Of a DNA stretch of 9,956 nucleotides, positions 7,622-9,956 are shown piece by piece. Positions within the stretch are counted from its first letter, which is position 1; every line of letters begins with the position of its first letter. The stretch is taken from positions 1-9,956 of the forward strand of contig CDMY01000933.1 of NCBI GenBank assembly GCA_001179505.1, in the 5' to 3' direction. The position numbers and the translations under genes are program-made. The DNA comes from Vitrella brassicaformis CCMP3155 (lineage: Eukaryota > Protista > Chromerida). The notes under the pieces are model-generated. The model did no database searches. It had not been told where the DNA came from and was given only the letters and a program-made list of their open reading frames with translations.

Positions 7622-9135
7622 TCATACAATTTCAACCATTGCGTCTGGGGTGTATATTTGAAGATCTCCCTGTGGGTACCCTGGCCCTCCACCGACAACG
7701 AAAATGTGTTGTATGGGCACGCCCGCCACAGCTGCAGCTGCAGTCACTCGCACCAGCGCACATACCCGATGCTGAACGATTCCTTTACCGTCTCGATATC
7801 ACCCACCGGTAGCTTTCGCCGCAATGGGCAAATCTTCCCCTCTGATCCACCTCCTGTCACTTCCCCGAACATCGTCACAATCTGCTTGCGCTATGCGATC
7901 CAGTAGACTGAGAACACCCACTGGGGCGTTCAGTACGGCCCGAACTTTCTGATACTCGCTCTCGCGTCTCTCGCAAAGACTGCTAGAGGCTAGGAACTCG
8001 ACGGAGGTCAGCGGAGTACCGTCGTACTCCCCTCCCACGGTTACGAGATACTTATTATCGATAACCACGACTCCATGCGCTGCGCGAGGCTGATTCAGAC
8101 GTGGGCCCTCATGCCAGCTCATCGTCTTGCGGTCGTAAATATAAACCTCCCCTTTCTCAAGATGACCCTCTCCCCACCCCCATCTGCCTGCCACTACCCA
8201 GATACCCTCGTCGAAGACGGCGGCAGCGATATGCTCAAGGTGCACCGGTGGGCCATCCCTCTCACCCCACTCGTTGGTCGAAGGATCGAACACCATCATC
8301 GAAGGGATGGGGACTTCAGCGCTGAGGTTTGGCCTCACACCATCATCTTGCATGCCACCAATCACGTAGATAAGGCCGTCATATGTGACCGCTGCTCCAG
8401 CCGCTCGTGTTCTAGGCATGTTCGGTAGCTCAGAAATGCTGTCACTCGTGATGTTATACAACCAAGCGCTGGCAGTGGCATGGTCTCCCAGTTCGCCATC
8501 AATGCCTTCAATACACTTGTGCATTCCAGCCCTTCTCTCTTTCTCTCTACTGTGTTGAGTCACCTCCAACGATGACGAAGGCGTCATTAGCCGGCGAGGG
8601 GTAAACACTTGCCATGACATGGTGTCGACTCGCCGGCAGTGGAGACAGGTCAGTCCACTCGCTCGTTTCAGGATCGAAGGCCCTGATCTGATCCATGGCC
8701 CGTCCTTCACTTCCAATGTATCCTGACCGATGAACACCAAGAAATACAGTGTAGAAGGGATCCCATGAGCTCTCACCTCCGACAGCATATATTTTGCCCT
8801 GAGCCATCAATGCCGCATGATCCCAATGATACGGATACGGCATTGATGGCCCCTGTTGCCATGACCCGCCGATGATGTTGCACGGGACGGAGGGGAGGCT
8901 CTTGAGGGGAACAGGCTTGGACAAGCCGCTTATCTTGACAGCCCATGACTCTGAAGCTCCATTGGCCGAACACAACTCAAGCCACCGATCCGAGTCGGTT
9001 CCTTGAAGCACGCGAGGGGCGGCACCAACATACCAGGGGACCCCACCTAACGACCGCAGAGGAGGGGACAGACAAATACTCTCACGACATGAACAAGGCG
9101 AACTTACCGATCAGAAGAGCGAGAAGGAGTGTCAT
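7622..9135 (-). CDS. Intact 426-aa Kelch-repeat (six-bladed beta-propeller) protein with a predicted signal peptide
   Basis: Exons 9135-9108, 9046-8777, 8722-8564, 8505-7807 and 7746-7622 total 1281 nt (427 codons including the stop), all with GT-AG introns of 54-61 nt. The N-terminus is MTLLLALLIGGVPWYVGA. Six blades end in GG/AG: KIYAVGG, FVIVGG, LIYVIGG, IWVVAG, YLVTVGG, HIFVVGG. They carry Kelch W..(G/L)P.(M/L)P and FDP...W motifs. The last intron is the least certain. Confidence 0.88.
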
Positions 9136-9757
9136 TTGATCATTATTCCCTCGGGAGACACACAAACGTTTCCGACACATATCGGAGTACAGACAAATAC
9201 GTCGTCTGTGTGTCTGCTGTGTGTCATTAAATATGCCAGACACATGATGTGTTACACATCCACGTGCTCCACCACAGACCGGTAATTCCCTGCATCTTTG
9301 CTCGTTGAAGTGCATCTTTCCGTCTTTGCGTTCAACGATCGAGGAGAGACGCATGGGGTTTCTCATGCTTTTGAGGGTTTTTTCACACACGGGAGCTTCT
9401 CTTTGTCTCAATCTTCCCCCTCCCCCCCATCATTAATCGTAAGAGGGATAGGTCTGCAAAAAAGACCTCACTTGGGACGTGCGCGACACCAAAATAAAAA
9501 AAGGCAGGCACAGGGCGTGGCAGGTAGGAAAAGGCGATTGGAAAGGAGGCGTGAAGAGAAGCATGAAGGGAGACAGACTGGGATAGAGGAAGGAACGGCC
9601 AAGAAAGACACAATATGAATTCTACACCATCGGTATCCCACCGCTAGTGGTGCGACATAAACAAGGGCGAGGAGCGGCGGATCAGCTCCAACAGACCTTT
9701 AGCATAGTCAGACATCTCTCGCACTTCTATCCTTCTAACCCATATTTAGCTGACCCG

Positions 9758-9909
9758 CTCAACATGCCCTGTACGCTGTATAGACACTCACTGCATTCCC
9801 ATCCGTCGGCGTCTTAACAATAAAACACGCAAGGACACGCGCAGCATGGGCACGACAAAAGCTTTGTGCTCAGATGCTATGGATGCACGGATCAATGGCG
9901 CACACACAT
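9758..9909 (+). repeat. Dispersed diverged repeat, copy B (copy A at 2766-2975)
   Basis: Same blocks in the same orientation, about 6.9 kb downstream. Confidence 0.88.
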
Positions 9910-9956
9910 GAATGCGGGGAGACCCGCATACCGGAGCACACATGTGGGAGCATATG

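Noticed and set aside
7385-7906. 173-aa plus-strand ORF as a gene
   Set aside because: Its 3' half is antisense to the Kelch last exons and has no recognisable domain. Only the short WWP segment is kept, as a low-interest finding.
9298-9618. Lys/Arg/Glu-rich ORF
   Set aside because: It reflects a purine-rich low-complexity tract upstream of the Kelch gene, with no coding signature.

Overview
Eukaryotic, intron-rich, moderately GC-rich nuclear DNA. The short GT-AG introns with (TG)n, (CAGA)n and (ATGT)n tracts resemble a chromerid/alveolate such as Vitrella, but the taxon is my inference. Contents from left to right: (1) 1-960, a degenerate duplicated segment with minus-strand splice signals and a telomere-like motif. 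(2) 986-~2070, the 5' part of a Ty1/copia-like LTR retrotransposon: LTR, PBS, a repetitive leader containing a 300-N gap, and the gag N-terminus. (3) ~2080-2518, the frameshifted C-terminal restriction-like endonuclease fragment of a CRE-like non-LTR element, running in frame out of the gag fragment. (4) 3009-6880 (+), a ~19-exon gene for a secreted protein made of a signal peptide, ~5 Cys-rich modules, a Pro/Thr linker and a GH10 (xylanase-family) catalytic domain. It has at least six disabling lesions but nearly intact splice signals, so it is a recent pseudogene. (5) 7622-9135 (-), an intact 5-exon gene for a 426-aa, probably secreted, six-bladed Kelch beta-propeller. A ~150-bp diverged repeat occurs just upstream of the GH10 start and again at the right edge. 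The most interesting element is the Cys-rich module array sitting where a carbohydrate-binding module would be on a GH10 enzyme; I cannot assign it to a named family.
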